DNA of 64,000 nucleotides, taken from the NCBI GenBank assembly GCA_965645245.1, contig OZ287067.1:310001-374000 (forward strand). The letters run 5' to 3'. The notes under the pieces are model-generated. The model saw only the letters and a program-made list of their open reading frames with translations, searched no databases and was not told the DNA's origin. Source of the stretch: Massalongia carnosa. Lineage: Eukaryota. Position numbers and translations under genes: made by a program. Shown here piece after piece: positions 25,680-39,481 of the stretch; position 1 is the stretch's first letter, and the number at the start of each line of letters is the position of its first letter.

Positions 25680-25943
25680 ATGGCGCAAACAGGCCCTGAT
25701 CTCGACGAGCTCAAAACGCCCGAACAATGCGTTGCCGACTGTCCCTATAAGCCTCCTCGTCCACAGTTTCCCAAACTCTATCATGCAGCTCCCGCGCGAC
25801 TTAAGTATGCTAAACAGGTCAGCATCTCGGAGCTCAGCACGGCCACAGCGTTCGTATCACGGCAAATTGCCGATGGTGCAACGCTTGATGCGGAAGAGCG
25901 CCCTGAAGTACTCGATGCATTCTGCAGGCGCTACGGTTGGTAA
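25680..25943 (+). CDS. Possible small hypothetical protein (87 aa)
   Basis: ATG-initiated ORF MAQTGPDLDELK...FCRRYGW with protein-like composition; no family recognised. Confidence 0.3.
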   Translation: MAQTGPDLDELKTPEQCVADCPYKPPRPQFPKLYHAAPARLKYAKQVSISELSTATAFVSRQIADGATLDAEERPEVLDAFCRRYGW

Positions 25944-26510
25944 GTGTGATGGATCCTTTCCTTCGGTTTGTTGCGACGGATGATTCGGTCGAGGAAAGGA
26001 TGAAGAGGGATGTGGGCGGAATGGAAGAGAATGAGAAAATGGTTCGCAAAGAGGGGGAAGTGGTGCAAGGGCAGAGGGGCCGTGGGTTGAGGTGATGCGA
26101 GTGATCGGCCAAGCGCATGTCATGTTACACGAAGGCGTGATGAAGACCCAAACGGACATCCACGTGGGCTCTAGGTACGGCCGCTGCGTCCTCGCCACAA
26201 ATCGTCGGAGCTGGTCTACTCGACGACGGGACGACTTTGACCGTCTGACTAACAGAACTTGAGGCTGCCTTAGGATTGATAAGCAGCAGCCATTCGACGA
26301 CAAGGTCACGTCGGTGAATGAACTGTCAGCCAACGATCCAAAGTCATGACGCTTCATGTTAATTCTTCATGGCTTGAGCCGGTCTATCTCCTACGGCATG
26401 ATTACATGATGAACCTCTGATCACAAAATAAGACGCCTGGCGCTATGCTAAAAAATCCTATCCATGCAACGCTAAATCGCAGCACATGAAATCATGCGTA
26501 AACGAGACGC

Positions 26511-27708
26511 TCATAAAAGAGCGAAAGGTGTCCCCGCTATGACCAGTAGACTCAAGCAGCCGCGCCAAGTTGTGAATGGGTTGCCTAGCAGTTTTCTGTT
26601 GCCACGGGTACCACTAGTAGATTGCAAAGGGGTTGCTGGAAGCGTAGTTCGTCCTACAGGCGTGATGATGCCGTTAAGACTATCCACAATACTCAAGGTC
26701 GACCCTTGATCGAAGAAGTCGACCAGAATAAACGTGGGAGCTTTCCCATAGAGCTTTGTGCATTCGCTCGCGGCATCTCCCAAATTCCCTACCGGCCCCG
26801 TCGGAGCATTGGTGGTGGTTATGTTGGAGATGTCCGGAACCTCGATGCCGAATGCTTGTTTGGTATCCAAGAAATGGTTCATCAATGGGACGCGTCCCGA
26901 CTGCACGGCTAATTGTGCGTTGCCTTTGACGGCTGATGGTCTATCGGGAATACAGGAAAATCCAGAGAGGCTGAGGACTTCAAAAGGATTTTCGAACACG
27001 AAAGCAAACTCGTCCAGGAGGTACGGGGCAACCGTGTTTGTCGACGAGTCTAACGATGCGACAAATGTAACCAAACGAGTTGAGTCTGCAATCAGCGTCT
27101 CCAGCGTTGGCCATTTCTTAATTGCGGTTGTGGCCGATGGAGGGGTGTAGGCATAAGAGGTGATCTGGGATGCTTCGAATTCGGCATGAAAGTCCTCCGC
27201 CGAAGCCTCATCCGCATTTACCAGAAGAAGTGTCACAACTAGCCACCAATCAGTAGCTGCATGCTTATGGAAATTATCTGACCCACCTTCATGCGGGTTG
27301 TTGTCCATCCAACTCTTGATCCCAGCCAGCCAGTTTCTCAAGGGCCCAGCATCCAACAAATCACAGCTTGAATGGCAAAGATGCCAGGCTCCGTTTTTGT
27401 TGTGGACCTGAGCGGAAAGAAGACGAACCCCGGCGCTGAGCTGCGAAACACTGTTCACATTTCTGCCACGGCATTAGTCTTAGCTGAGAGAAGAAAATCG
27501 AGATCACGTACTGATTTGCTGCATTACTATAACTAGTGGAGGCATCTCGAACAAAAGGACTATCGTGAGCACCCAAATACGTGATGCTCGAGTATGATCT
27601 ACTGCACAGATCTGGCGAGTTGTTGCAAGCGAAGGATGCGTTTCGTGGAGCTAGAATAGAGCCCAAGGTGGTGGATACCAACGGCAAAAGCCATCGTGAG
27701 GAAAGCAT
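26511..27708 (-). CDS. Secreted, possibly GPI-anchored PLC-like phosphodiesterase (TIM barrel)
   Basis: Signal peptide, [45 protein letters not shown], hydrophobic C-terminus; two introns (~27450-27510 and ~27240-27285). Confidence 0.85.
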
Positions 27709-28603
27709 CTAACCAAGTAGCAATATGGGACGGGCCGAGTGCTGAAAGCGGAGGAAATATTCAAGGAAATGTGGTCGCTAGAGGATGAATGGCCAGCCTG
27801 CAGTGGATATGAAGTAAATCGAGAGAGATGTACGACCTAAGTCAATGAAATTCTAAGCTTCCAAGCCCTTTTTTGGAAGGAAATGCTATGTATGTTCTGG
27901 TGAGCACGCGAAAAAGAAAAACTTATGGAAAGAGAAAGGGAAATAGTGGCACAAGCAGAGATGCAGTATCTTCCTGTGGTTTCTTGCCAGCGGCGATTTG
28001 TGAAAGGGCGGAGAGTGGCATCAGGCCACCCTACCGGATTATCTCAACGGGTTGCCTTCCGGTAGTGGATCTGGAACCCAAAGGATCTGTAAAACACCAG
28101 GTGAAGGACGTTGATTGGCTGTGAACGAGTGCATGAATAGCATCCATCGTGGAAGATGTCAGATACGAGAGTGGGATGATGAAGACGACGTGTGAGGATT
28201 ATGGACTTATGGACTAATGGACTTGTGGACAATATTTACTGCTGGGGCGTGCATAAATCCCTGCTTAGGGCTATTTTTGGCGCTCAGCCTTGTTCGGAGT
28301 GCGACTTCGCCACCATTGCCTACGCGTTCTAACGCTTTCTGACACCTTCTGACACATTCTCACTCGTATGGCTATTGCTTCACCAACAAAAGATATCGAG
28401 TACAGAGCAAGTACGCGGCCTCTCACATTGCAAAAGATCCAGCAGGATGTTTGAGGTATCAGTTCCCCGCACCTGGCGCCAACTACATTTTATGCGCCGG
28501 TACAATCGATATACATACAAGCCTTTTCTGAAACTCTTTAACTGATCGCTGTGCATACATCCCGGAGGCGCGAAATGCCACTTATGGTCCCTCACAACCT
28601 TTC

Positions 28604-29685
28604 CTACTGTCCAAACTTGAGCAGGTATCCGCCATCAACAGGGATAGTCTGCCCATTCAAATACTGGTTTGTAACCGTAAACAAAATCGCATTCGCCATG
28701 TCCCGATCATTTCCCGGCCGACGGGAGGGCAAATGATCATACTTCTCCTTGGGAAGCTCGCTCTTCTGATTGTCCTTACTCTCGCCCGTCGTCATCTCGC
28801 TCGGAAACACGCCAGGAGCGATGGAATTGACGCGGATCTTGATCCCGTTGTTCGCAATCTCAGATGCCAGCAGCTTGGTCAGGTGGATGGCAGCGCCCTT
28901 GCTCGCATTGTAGGAGAAATGGGACTGCGCTTTCAGTACCAAGCCTGAGATCGAAGTGATATTGAGGACGGTTGCCGAATAGCCGCGCTGAGTCTCGCTG
29001 GCCTTTTCTAGCAGTGGCAGAAATGCAAGGGTGGTGAAGTACAGTTGAGCAACGTTAGTCTTGTACGTAGTGGCCCAATCGTCAAAGTTTGCGCTCTCAG
29101 GCTCAAAGAGATTCTTCTTGAGCTCCGCCGCAGTTTCACCCTCAGCCGTCTGGGACGATGTTGCGACTCCGGCGTTGTTGATGAGGACATCGAGGCGTTG
29201 CTCGCGGGACTCAACCTCCTTGACGAGCCGTTTAATGTCATCCTTGCTCGTGATATCTCCTGGGAGAGGAATGATCTGCCCGGAAATCCCTTTGCTGTAT
29301 GTTGAGACTACTGTATCGAGCTTTTCTCCCGTGCGGCCAACTATGTATACCTTGGCTCCATTTACCGCGAGTGCTTGGGTTGCCATCAAGCCGATCCCAG
29401 ATCCTGCATGCTGTTGAGCAAACAGTATTAGGAAGGGGGGGGAACGTTGGTGTGTTCCAACTCACCTCCACCAGTGATGAGAGCAATCTTGCCCTTGACA
29501 TCGAAGAGGGAGCTAAGCTCAAGTTCGGCGTTATTGGTAGAAGACATCTTGGTGGCTGTTGTACTCAGCGGTCTTCGAGGTAAATGGTAACGTACTTGGT
29601 ATGATACGATGATTTGGGATGTAACAGGTTTGGGATACAATCGGATAGTCGATTGTAAAAGACGAACTGATGCAATGCGATTCAT
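28604..29685 (-). CDS. Short-chain dehydrogenase/reductase; core starts at ATG 29547, upstream in-frame ATG at 29685
   Basis: TGGG|SGIG across intron ~29405-29465, INNAG, catalytic YNASK, VNSIAPG, VDGG. Confidence 0.92.
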
Positions 29686-31685
29686 GAATGGAAATCTTGA
29701 GCAGAATTTATGTTCTCATTTTTTACGTTAACGAGATTTTTCGATGATGTCGCGAGTGATGTCAGTGACGATGACGACAGCATCTGCGGAGCGAACTCCG
29801 GCTTCCTTCACCTTTGCCATTCAGCGAGATGGGAAAGGCACAACCCTTGATTAAATGTCCTCCGGTTTTAATATATGTAATTATCATAAAGCTTCGAACT
29901 TATGAGATCTCAAACGCAACTGAGCTGGATGTGCTGATAGATGAGACCATAAAGGCTTGCTACAAAGGATCTTTCTACCTAGATCTAATCGTCTTTTTTT
30001 TTCGTTACATATCTTCCTTCATTATAACATCATTCCTCACAAGGCGTCCATCTACGATAACTACGCCACTATCATTTTCCCTTTTTCCACTCATCCTTCC
30101 CCCTTAAGGAAAAGCTGGGTAGGTAGACAGTTGATATATTGAGTTTAATAATGCTTCAATGATAGCCAGAACAAAGTCAAGCATGCAATAACCAAGGGAA
30201 TAAACAACAAATCAAACCAGTCATGAGCCGGGTTATTCCTACCTTCCTACCTTTTAAGGCTTGCACTCGCTCATCCCAAGCTCTGGGAATCAAAGCCCAT
30301 CTCTTTTCGCTTCATCTCAAAGTCGCAGCACTAAGCCGACTCACCAGTCTCATCACGCTTCTTGGGCAGTCTCTTGATGCTCCATTAAATAGGAATATTG
30401 CAGGGACAACGCTCATCCATATTTGCCTATCCACTCATATACATTTGAATCCGAGAGGTCTTTTTTTCACAGCGCAGTCTTGATCTCCCGCAGAACCTCT
30501 TTGTAGGAATAATCTAGCAGATGAAAGTATCTAGCTGCCCGTCCTGGCATTGAGGACAAGCAAACTGATAAATAGAATTTAACCTGTTATGAAATAGGGT
30601 TTGGATGTTGAAGATAGGGACAACGAATTTCGCATCACTGTTGACTTAAAACACAATTAATAGAATTTCATAGTGAATTGTCGCAATGAGCTCATTCCGA
30701 GTAGCCGTTGAAAAAGGAAATTATTCCTTCTGCCAGATTTTTCAAATGCCTGATACAACATAACAACATGAAGAACAGATCAGTGGGAGAATAAGTTCGT
30801 CTACTAGTTGATTCTTCAATTAAGGACAATGGCTTCGTCAAGGTCAATATTCGCAATGGATGCCTTGCAAGCTCTCAGCATGGGGCGTTTCCAGCATGCT
30901 TGTTTGGCTATTTACCATTTCAGAGCTAGGTAATTCGTAGTTCGTGGATGCTCGTTTGCGTACATAGTACGGCAGAGAGTACAAGGGATTGATCGTTTCC
31001 ATCTTCAAACAATAGTAAAATTTGGAAAGCATCCCTGAGAAGAAGAGACATTGGGATATCAACTCAAATATAAGCAATGAGAGAAGATATCTGCACAGCG
31101 GCAAAGGAAACAACCCTTGACAGAGAGTCTGACAAGCGCCAGATAGAGGAACTGGGCTCAGGCATCGTCGTGGATACAACTTAAGTACTCCGTACCTAGG
31201 CCATGTTAAATCATCTTCCACAGACGGTTGCTCTTTGTTATCGGTTCAAAAAGATTTTTGGACGATTAGACGGATCAGATGTACCTTTTCGTTGAGTGAC
31301 TGATAAACAGGGCCGAGCTAGTACAAACAAGGCCAGGCGAGAATTCCAACGCCAGGGTACGTATTTGGAGGATAGAGGATTACTGACTGTCAATGCGCTC
31401 GCCCTCATCCTTTAGATCTCCAGGTTCGATACCATAGGCGAGCCTCTGCATCGATGTTTGGCAACTAAAGCAAACGATTCGCCTTTAGACGAGCATGAAG
31501 GCGACTGAATTATGTACTCTCACTAGAGCCATGCAGAGTTCAATCATCTGCCAGATTGTTAAGGCGCTTCCCCACTCCTCTCCAACTATTTAAAGAAGAA
31601 TGAATCTTGCAATAGTATATTACACATTTCTTTGCGAACCTAGGAGTAGCTAACAATCGAGTCGCAGCCATTGTTCAAAGAAACC

Positions 31686-32822
31686 ATGACGACCGTTGCG
31701 TTCCAATCCATCAGCACCTCCATTCGTCTTCCAAGTGGGGACAACCTACAGCTATGTACATATTAAACCCAAGAACAATAAGCCGTATATTTTCCTCTGC
31801 CATGGCTTTCCCAGCTCCTCCTATGATTGGAAGCATCAAATCGCCTTCTTCTCCTAGCTTGGATATGGGATCATCGTTCCTGACTTGCTTGGATATGGTG
31901 GAACGGACAAACCGAAAGAGTTAGAAGCATACAAAATGAAGAGGATGAGTATCGACGTGGTTGGCATACTCGATACTGTGGGAGTTGTGAAGGTCATTGG
32001 TGTGGGACATGACTGGTATGTATCTTAGTCGACTCTAGCAAAAGATGCCGACAGGATCACTAGGGGATCCTTCCTCTTGTCGCGCCTGGCGAATTACTAT
32101 CCTGAGCGCTTCCTTGAGTTTGCTTTCCTGGATGTAGGATATTAAGCACCCTTGGGTTCATCTTCCCTGGACGCTCTCAACGATTTCTCAAAGATGATTG
32201 GTTATGCCGCCTTTGGGTATTGGTATTTCTTTAACGATGCGGATGCGGCCCAGCTATTAGACCGTGATGTAAGTTTACCTGGATTTTTCCTTGCAGGCGC
32301 CATTTACTGTCCTAAACCCCTACAATATGGCTTGAGCTGACCTGGTACTGCTCTACCTAGGCTAAATGTGCCAACTCTTTATGGTACGCAGCACATCCGA
32401 AGTATTTGAGAGAAAATTTCGCTCCTGTAGGTGCAACACGTGCATGGTTTACGGAAGGAAATACTGCGCCTTATGGATCTTGGATTTTAAAAGAAGAAGT
32501 TGAAGTTCATCACGAAATACTCGATACAAAGGACGGAGGGTATGGTCCACCATTGAACTGGTACAAAACCCAGATTGCGGACCTCAACGTTGAAGATGAA
32601 TCTGCATTAGCGCCGGAAAGGTCGCACATTTAGCAGCCAACACTGTTGATTACATGTAGGCAAGATCCAATCGCCGTTCCGGCGTTCCAAGAAAGAACTA
32701 TGAGGCCTTTTTTCAAGAACTTGAAGGTCGAGCAGGTTGATACTGCACATTGGCTGCAGCTGGAAAAGCCTGAAGAGACTAACAGCATTTTAAAAGCATT
32801 TATTGAGACAGACAACGGGTGA
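31686..32822 (+). pseudogene. Soluble epoxide hydrolase-like alpha/beta hydrolase pseudogene
   Basis: HGFP, VPDLLGYGGTDKP, GHDW|GS, PLNWYK, AHWLQLEKP; two introns; frameshift in the G run ~31737-31740; in-frame TAG at 31855 and 32631. Confidence 0.88.
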
Positions 32823-35230
32823 GAATCGCTGGGCTTATTTACATTCTACATACGAGGAAGCATGGCCCATGGCTTGTAAGCCAAGTCGCTTATTTAATTT
32901 CCAAGAAACATGGGTCTATTAAAGTGCCCTAGAGTTTCGCTCTATGCTTTCCGTATTTTCAACTTCCATTAGTGTCCTTCAATTCGTCGTTTGTATAAAA
33001 TGATATTTTAATGCTTGCCATACGGATTACCCCTTTTATATACGGTTGTCCTGTGGATGCTTTCCATGATCCCTATTACCTGTCTTAGACCCGGTTTCGG
33101 CATGTCATGCAGTCTTCAACTAGCTCTATAAGGTAGGGTATATGTGCTGAAGTAAGGGCATGATAGGTGGGTCATGAATATAGCTATTTACAGCTTCCTA
33201 CATCAGTTGCAAGGCGCTCATATTTCTGACAAGGGGGAATATAGGAGATTCTAGGCCGCTTTCCAGATCTTTTTGAATTTGGGAGAGGTGTTGTCAGTTA
33301 CTTGCTGATGTGTGGCTTCTACTGTACATCAAAGACCCGCGATCTAGCCAGACTTCGTGCTGGTTGTAGCAACTCTGGCCGCACACCATTTCCTCATAGT
33401 TGCGCTTTTTCAAGCCAACCCATTCATCTAGATTTTCATCTACAACCTTATCCATCGAGTTAAAATACATCCTTTGTCTTCGCGTCAAAGGCTTTTTCTT
33501 ATGGGTAGATTTCGTTTCTGAACGCCTCGGGCAGCCAACAGCCATGTAAAAACCACGCTGTAGAAAGCTTTCTTCATCTCCGCCATCCAAGACAACCCGG
33601 GGGACTCACCGCTACGGCCATATTTTGGTCGTCACCGTTCACCGGAATACCCACGGTCTGTTGATCGAGCGGAAGAGAGAAGCGTTGCACGCAAAATCGA
33701 TGTCTCTCTCGCGCCTCTCATTTGAACTGGCTTTGGATTGGTCTAGTATGATAAAGTTCGGTCTTATGCGTATAAACCAAAGGTCACTAGCTAATCGATG
33801 TAAGCCATACTTGGGAGTGCGAACGTTCCTGGAATGCTAAAGGATCTTAGCCCTCTCTTCACCTAGAATACCAATACCATTCCTCTAACGGTCTGTACTA
33901 TTCGTCTGAGCTAGCCGACTATAGTGAAGTGTGTGTGCTAGCTATGGAGAGCCAAAGATCGGTCAAACTAGGAGCACAAGCTGCCAAACATCCAAAAGGC
34001 TTCCAGATTCGCGAAGCCGTTCTAGATTACGAAGATGTGGTTTGTCTTCCTCGTGATGATGAGATTGATCGTATGCATTATATCTTCCATAGCCGTAGAC
34101 TTTATGATTAACCAAGAGAAGTAGATATACCTGCAATAAATGGCGCGGTTTGCGGATTTAGTTTCATGTTTTCTATATACTAGACACGTTCTATTTGACA
34201 GCAACCTAGCGCTCCTAGTCGCCTACCGCGCCGCTGCGATAGGCATTCGGCATGCACGACGGTCTGGATGGATTGGGAGATTAGTCCGTCTCGCCATTTC
34301 GTTGCGCCTGTTATTGTCATTGTCGACCTCTTCACTATTGCTCGGATGCTTTTCTTTTTTTTTTCTGGCTCCGTCGCACGCACGCACGCACGCATGCTTG
34401 CGCTGTTCTCCGCCTGAACGGCGGATGTGACTGGTGCGTGTGACTCGGAAGAGCTTTGTGCGATGGTCTGTGTGCAGTTGAATCCTTGGAGGAGGGGAGG
34501 GGGAGGAGGGGGGAAACTGGGTGGGATGGCTGTATGGGAGATAAGCGGAGCTTTTTCCCCGGTCACACTGAAAGTGGCTTCTTCTTAGTAAATCTCTGTG
34601 AAAAAGGGGTTGTTGTTTGCTGCTAAGATGTGTGCGATTTGGATGTGATGTGTATGTACGACGACTTGCAAATGATAAGAGATGGGACATTTATGCGGCA
34701 TTTGAAGGTATGGAAACGCCATGAGGCGCTCTGTGAGTGAACAAATCCTCTTTAAAGAGGGGTTTTTTCTTTTCTTTCTATTTAGCTACTACTCGATGAA
34801 GTGAAAAAGACTAGTCTTGTTGGTATACATTGCGGTAGCTCTTTTCTTTTTCAGACGCCAACTATATACACATCCGATCCAGTGAGGAGTGCAGCAGGTA
34901 GGTTCCTTGAAGCTTCCCCCGTGCAACAGGTATGTAGCTGGCATCTCTTAATGCTTAGAGGAAGCAGTTAATAATAATTCCAGTAGCACTGAACTGAAGC
35001 TATCTTTACCTGAGGAGGCTGAATTTTATTTTGGCCAGTTGCTAATATTGGAACAGCCACTGTCAAAAGAGTTCCAAGCTTCTAGCGTCGAGCCAGAAAT
35101 GATCACAAAGGTGAAGGTCGGGAGGAGAGTTATGATCTACAAGCCAAGCAACGCCAGTCCAGTACCTGGCTGCTGCTACTGCTGCTGCTGCTGCGGAGCT
35201 GTTCACGTGTTTTCTCCCAAACCGTCAACC

Positions 35231-36836
35231 TCACCCTTGAAGGTTTCTCTTCACCCCATTCTCAACCATTCTCGTCCAGTTAGTCCAGTAGATTATTAGC
35301 ATTTCGATGGCAGCTACAAGAAACGTCGCCACCGCAAACCCGAACCAGAGTCCGTGCAAGTCCCACCGAAGCCCGAAGCTCGTACCTAGAGAGACAGGCA
35401 TACCCACGACGTACCAACAAAGCAGGCCGACCACTCCTCCTACCATTTGTCTCCCAATCCCTCGCAGGATTCCATGACAAATCGAGGATAGAGCATCGAA
35501 GATCTGATAAGCAGCGCAAATCGGAAGAACGGCCGCTATAAGCCGGATGACATCGGGATCTCTGGTGAAGAGTTGTGGAATATAAGAGCGTAAAGCAGCT
35601 AAAGCAAAGGCGCTCATCAACCCAACGGCACATGCAGCACCCAGGGATACTTTGGCTGCTACTTTGGCGGAGTCAGGTCGCCTAGCTCCAATCAGATGTG
35701 CGATACGGGTGTTGCTTGCAACAGCTATCGAAAATGGAATGGCCCAGGTAACGGACGAAATGGTCGCCAGGACTGACTGAGCCGCCAGGTGTGAAATAGA
35801 GATATAGCTGGCTGCCAGCGTCATAATTTCGAAAGCAAAATATTCCGCTTCTACCATTAAGAATCCTGGCAGTGCCAGCCGGATCATGGGTCCCCAGTTT
35901 TGGACCGCTTCTCTCGTGAACCCACCCCAGCAATCACGCCCATTAATAAGCAGCACGTACAGGTAAAGCAACAACGGCAAAGTATTCATAGTTATGGCGG
36001 TGGCTGTTGGAGCTCCGATGAATCCCCATTCGAGTTTCTGTACGCCAAGAAAATATACTTAGCAAACGAAAAGAGCAAGACAGACGAGGGTATTTGTGCC
36101 ATACCCACACAAGAAGCCAATTCAAAAATGCATTTGCCGGTGCACATATCAAAAGTATCCAGAGGGAGGTGTCAAACAGTCCCTGGGCTTGCATAAAGCG
36201 TTTGCCACTCTCAAATGCTGCAAACCCCGGGGCCCCTACGAGCATAAATTTCAAATATCTCCCAGCCAAGACTGCTACTTCAGGCTCCGGAACAAGAATT
36301 TCCAGCATTGATGTTGCGTTAAACCATATAATACCAATCGGAATCGTGGTAAGCCAGAGGAAATATACCATACGCTGCAGCTGAAGGCCTACTAGCTCTT
36401 TCCTCCCACTGCCGTAGGCCTGTGGGCACAGGGTATCAAGACTGGTGGCTAAATGCGACTCATTAGTTGCACTTCATTTTGGCTGGACTAAGGATGGTTG
36501 ACCTAGTCCTGAATAAACAGCATAGCCGGTGATGTTGGCTGTTACACCGGCAAGGCTTGCTGCGCCAAGCTCCACCTTACCCAGGTGACCAACGGCAATG
36601 ATGCTTGTCACGGTGAGCGAGTACTCGAGCAGAAACGTAGCGACGATGGATCGGGAGTATCTTGCTAAGAGACGAGCCTCGAATTGCCACGTAGTAGGTA
36701 TCTTTTCTAAATTCTGTTCCCCATATTCCACGACCCTGGCATATGAACTTGGTGCCACACGATGGGGCAGAGGTTTTTTGTTGCTAGCGAGGAGAGCAGA
36801 AGTCTCGGTGCGCTGGTCGTGAGCTGATGCAGTCAT
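35231..36836 (-). CDS. MATE-family efflux transporter
   Basis: VGHLGKVELGAASLA, TSLDTLCPQAYG, FESGKRFMQAQG, LALPGFLMVEAEY, GILRGIGRQ; two introns. Confidence 0.9.
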
Positions 36837-37113
36837 GCTAGTCCTATTAGCATTCATCTTGTATACTGAATAGGGTGAGCAAATCATACTTGCGCAATGC
36901 AGTGTTCTTGTCCCAGGTGGTGAGCGATGGAGGATGAGTTCATTCAGGAAGGCACAGACTACCGCAGTGAAGCATTGACATACATAATTTGCTTGCGTTT
37001 TGTAAGTAGAGAGCTAACATCCAGTACCTAGTCACTTTACATGCACGATTAGAAGGAATCTGACGATGAATTGGATGTGGAGGGGGTTTAAGACCTCACG
37101 GGGAATTGTCTTG

Positions 37114-37203
37114 GAACCAGACGAACCAGATGAACCAGACGAACCAGATGAACCAGACGAACCAGATGAACCAGACGAACCAGATGAACCAGACGAACCA
37201 GAA
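37114..37203. repeat. Ten 9-nt units GAACCAGAY with strict C/T alternation (18-nt period x5)
   Basis: Read directly; would encode (EPD)n on + and (GSS)n on -. Confidence 0.95.
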
Positions 37204-37742
37204 GTGACCCGACATCCGAACGATGAGATGACATACATAGTTCATAATGCCACGTCGCCACCAACTGTATCGAGTGGTTCTAGATCTGGCCGTCAGCTTT
37301 GGGTTTCCGACTGCAAATATGCAGACATCCGCGGACGTCTGCAAGCCACCAAAAAAAAATTGGCCATGGCATGCCCATTACGGAGGGCTCAGCTCAACTT
37401 CTCTAAACTTTAAGACGAGCATTAACCAGTAAGGTCTGGAACTAAGACTGGCTGAAGGTTTTGTGGAAATCGTGGATTTTCGACAAATTCGGCGTTATGA
37501 GCTTACCTTTATGATTGGCGGAGTTCTGTACCTAACTAACTACCACGACGCTTGACACGAAATACTTGTCTCTAAGCAGAAGGACACCAGCGCTAATAGG
37601 AATCGAACCTATTATAATGGATTTGAACTCACATAGTTATAGGTCGTTATCCGAAGGAATTCAGCTCGATCTCTTCAGTCATACTCAGGAGTTGCACTGA
37701 GTGGTAGGTACGAAAACAAACTACAGAGTACAACAATCCCCC

Positions 37743-39481
37743 TTATCCTATATATATCGGAAGCTTACTGTCCCAATACCTTGATGGAATCCTCAACGGA
37801 TCCTGGATCATGCTCTCCCTAGGATTCATGTAATGACATCTCCACCAGCAAAATGCACGGAACATCATCACGATCCACGCCTCTTCCCCCAAGTGTTCTG
37901 GCGCACCTTTCCGCGCCATGTCCGCAGCGATGGAGGGCAAGTAGTCGAAATACATGTGTGCGCCTTCAGCAATCCAGTCGCGAAGGCCGTAATGGTCCCG
38001 CGCCTTGCCTTCGCGAAGGTTGCTCCATGCGTCTCCCCAATAGTTGACACCGTGTGTAACATGAGACGCGACGAGGTCAAAGTAGCGAAGGCCCTTCTCT
38101 AGCTTCTCGAGCTCAATGAAGTAGTTTGTCGTGTGATCCCAGTTTGTATGGACGCTGTCCAGAAACGCGAGATTGCGATCATTGATTTGATCATTGGCTT
38201 CGGCCTCATTCTCCCATTCGCTATAATGCGCTTTGAGAAAGTCGTACTGATCCTGTTGTGGTGTGTCAGCGATTCAGCAATACTTCATGTGGCCCATTGA
38301 TTTTGGGCAGCAAGAAAGCCGATCCAAAAACAGCAACTAACCAGAACCCACTTGATATGAACAGATGCTCCCCCATCCTTGCTAGCGATGAACTCTTTCA
38401 GACGATTGTGAAACACCACAAATCCCTCTTTGTGACATGTCAAGCCTACGCAGTACTCGGTTGGTATGGGAAGCCGAACTATAGAAGTGCCTCGAATCCG
38501 CATCATAGGCGCAGCAAGAGGAATCAAATCGGAGAATCCAAAGGTGCAAGTGGATTCAATCCCACGGATATCCTTGATTTTCTGGCTTGCTTTGTGGGAT
38601 TTGTCAAGGATATTCATACTTGCGTATACCTCGCTGATGGTGCCAATCTTGAAGTGCGGCATGTGAAGGCCCCTGAAGCCAGGGAGAATCCCAAATCCCA
38701 GCATATCCGCCGTGCGACTTGGTATGTATAAATCCGCCTTCGATAACCTCGGGCCCGACCTATGGTTATGATGGGATTCTCCGAGATTCATATAATGTAA
38801 GATCACTCCGATGGATCTGACGAAAGTTGAGCTCAAGATATGTCCATTACCTTCGGCCCTCATTATACCTTCTTCAGGGCGAAAGTCCGTCCATATCATC
38901 CCAAGACGCCGCGTCATCGCACCGATATGAGAGACATTGGTGACTGCAAAAGGGCGAACAATTTCGGGCGACATAAAGTCCCAGGACCTCTCACGAAACC
39001 TTACTGCTGGTCTTACTAACCATGAGGTGGCTCGATCGAAATCGTAGCACCCAAAATCTGATAACTCCTTCTCGTTCCAGTAGAGACTGTGCAAAAACGG
39101 TATCCAGCACACCATTTCATTATGCTGAGAGACACTCGACAATGTGTGAAACGATGGAAAATCGGCCTCGGAGCTCAAACCCCAGTGGGAAATTAAGGTT
39201 GAACCAACATCGCCATTCCTAACAATAGGGGCGACCGGGTAGTCCGAGAGCACTATTTCTGGAGTTGTGAAAAATGTCTCGAATCGAAATTGACTCCATC
39301 GCCATCGTAAACGGGTCTTTCGAGCCCACGGCCCCATTACGGAGGCTTGACATCTTCGGTAACCATCGGCAGTCGCAAAATACTGCCCAAGTATTTGGCC
39401 CAGGGCGACGATCAATGCCACCAGCGCAACTGTCAGCGCGGCTATGGCCAAGGTATTTCCAGAATCATTGCTACCGCCCAT
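37743..39481 (-). CDS. Modin-like fungal protein with N-terminal transmembrane helix
   Basis: ALVALIVALGQILGQYFATADGYRRC..VMGPW...FRFETFFTTPEI, SWDFMSPEIVRPFA, and C-terminal W..MMFRAFCWWRCH...IYIG; intron ~38253-38340 joins the ORFs in frame. Family name is from recollection. Confidence 0.7.

Noticed and set aside
30200..31221. Minus-strand coding relic containing DLDEAI (TPR-like)
   Set aside because: Too fragmented to assign a family.
37114..37203. CRISPR-like array
   Set aside because: Head-to-tail repeats with no spacers, no cas genes, eukaryotic context.
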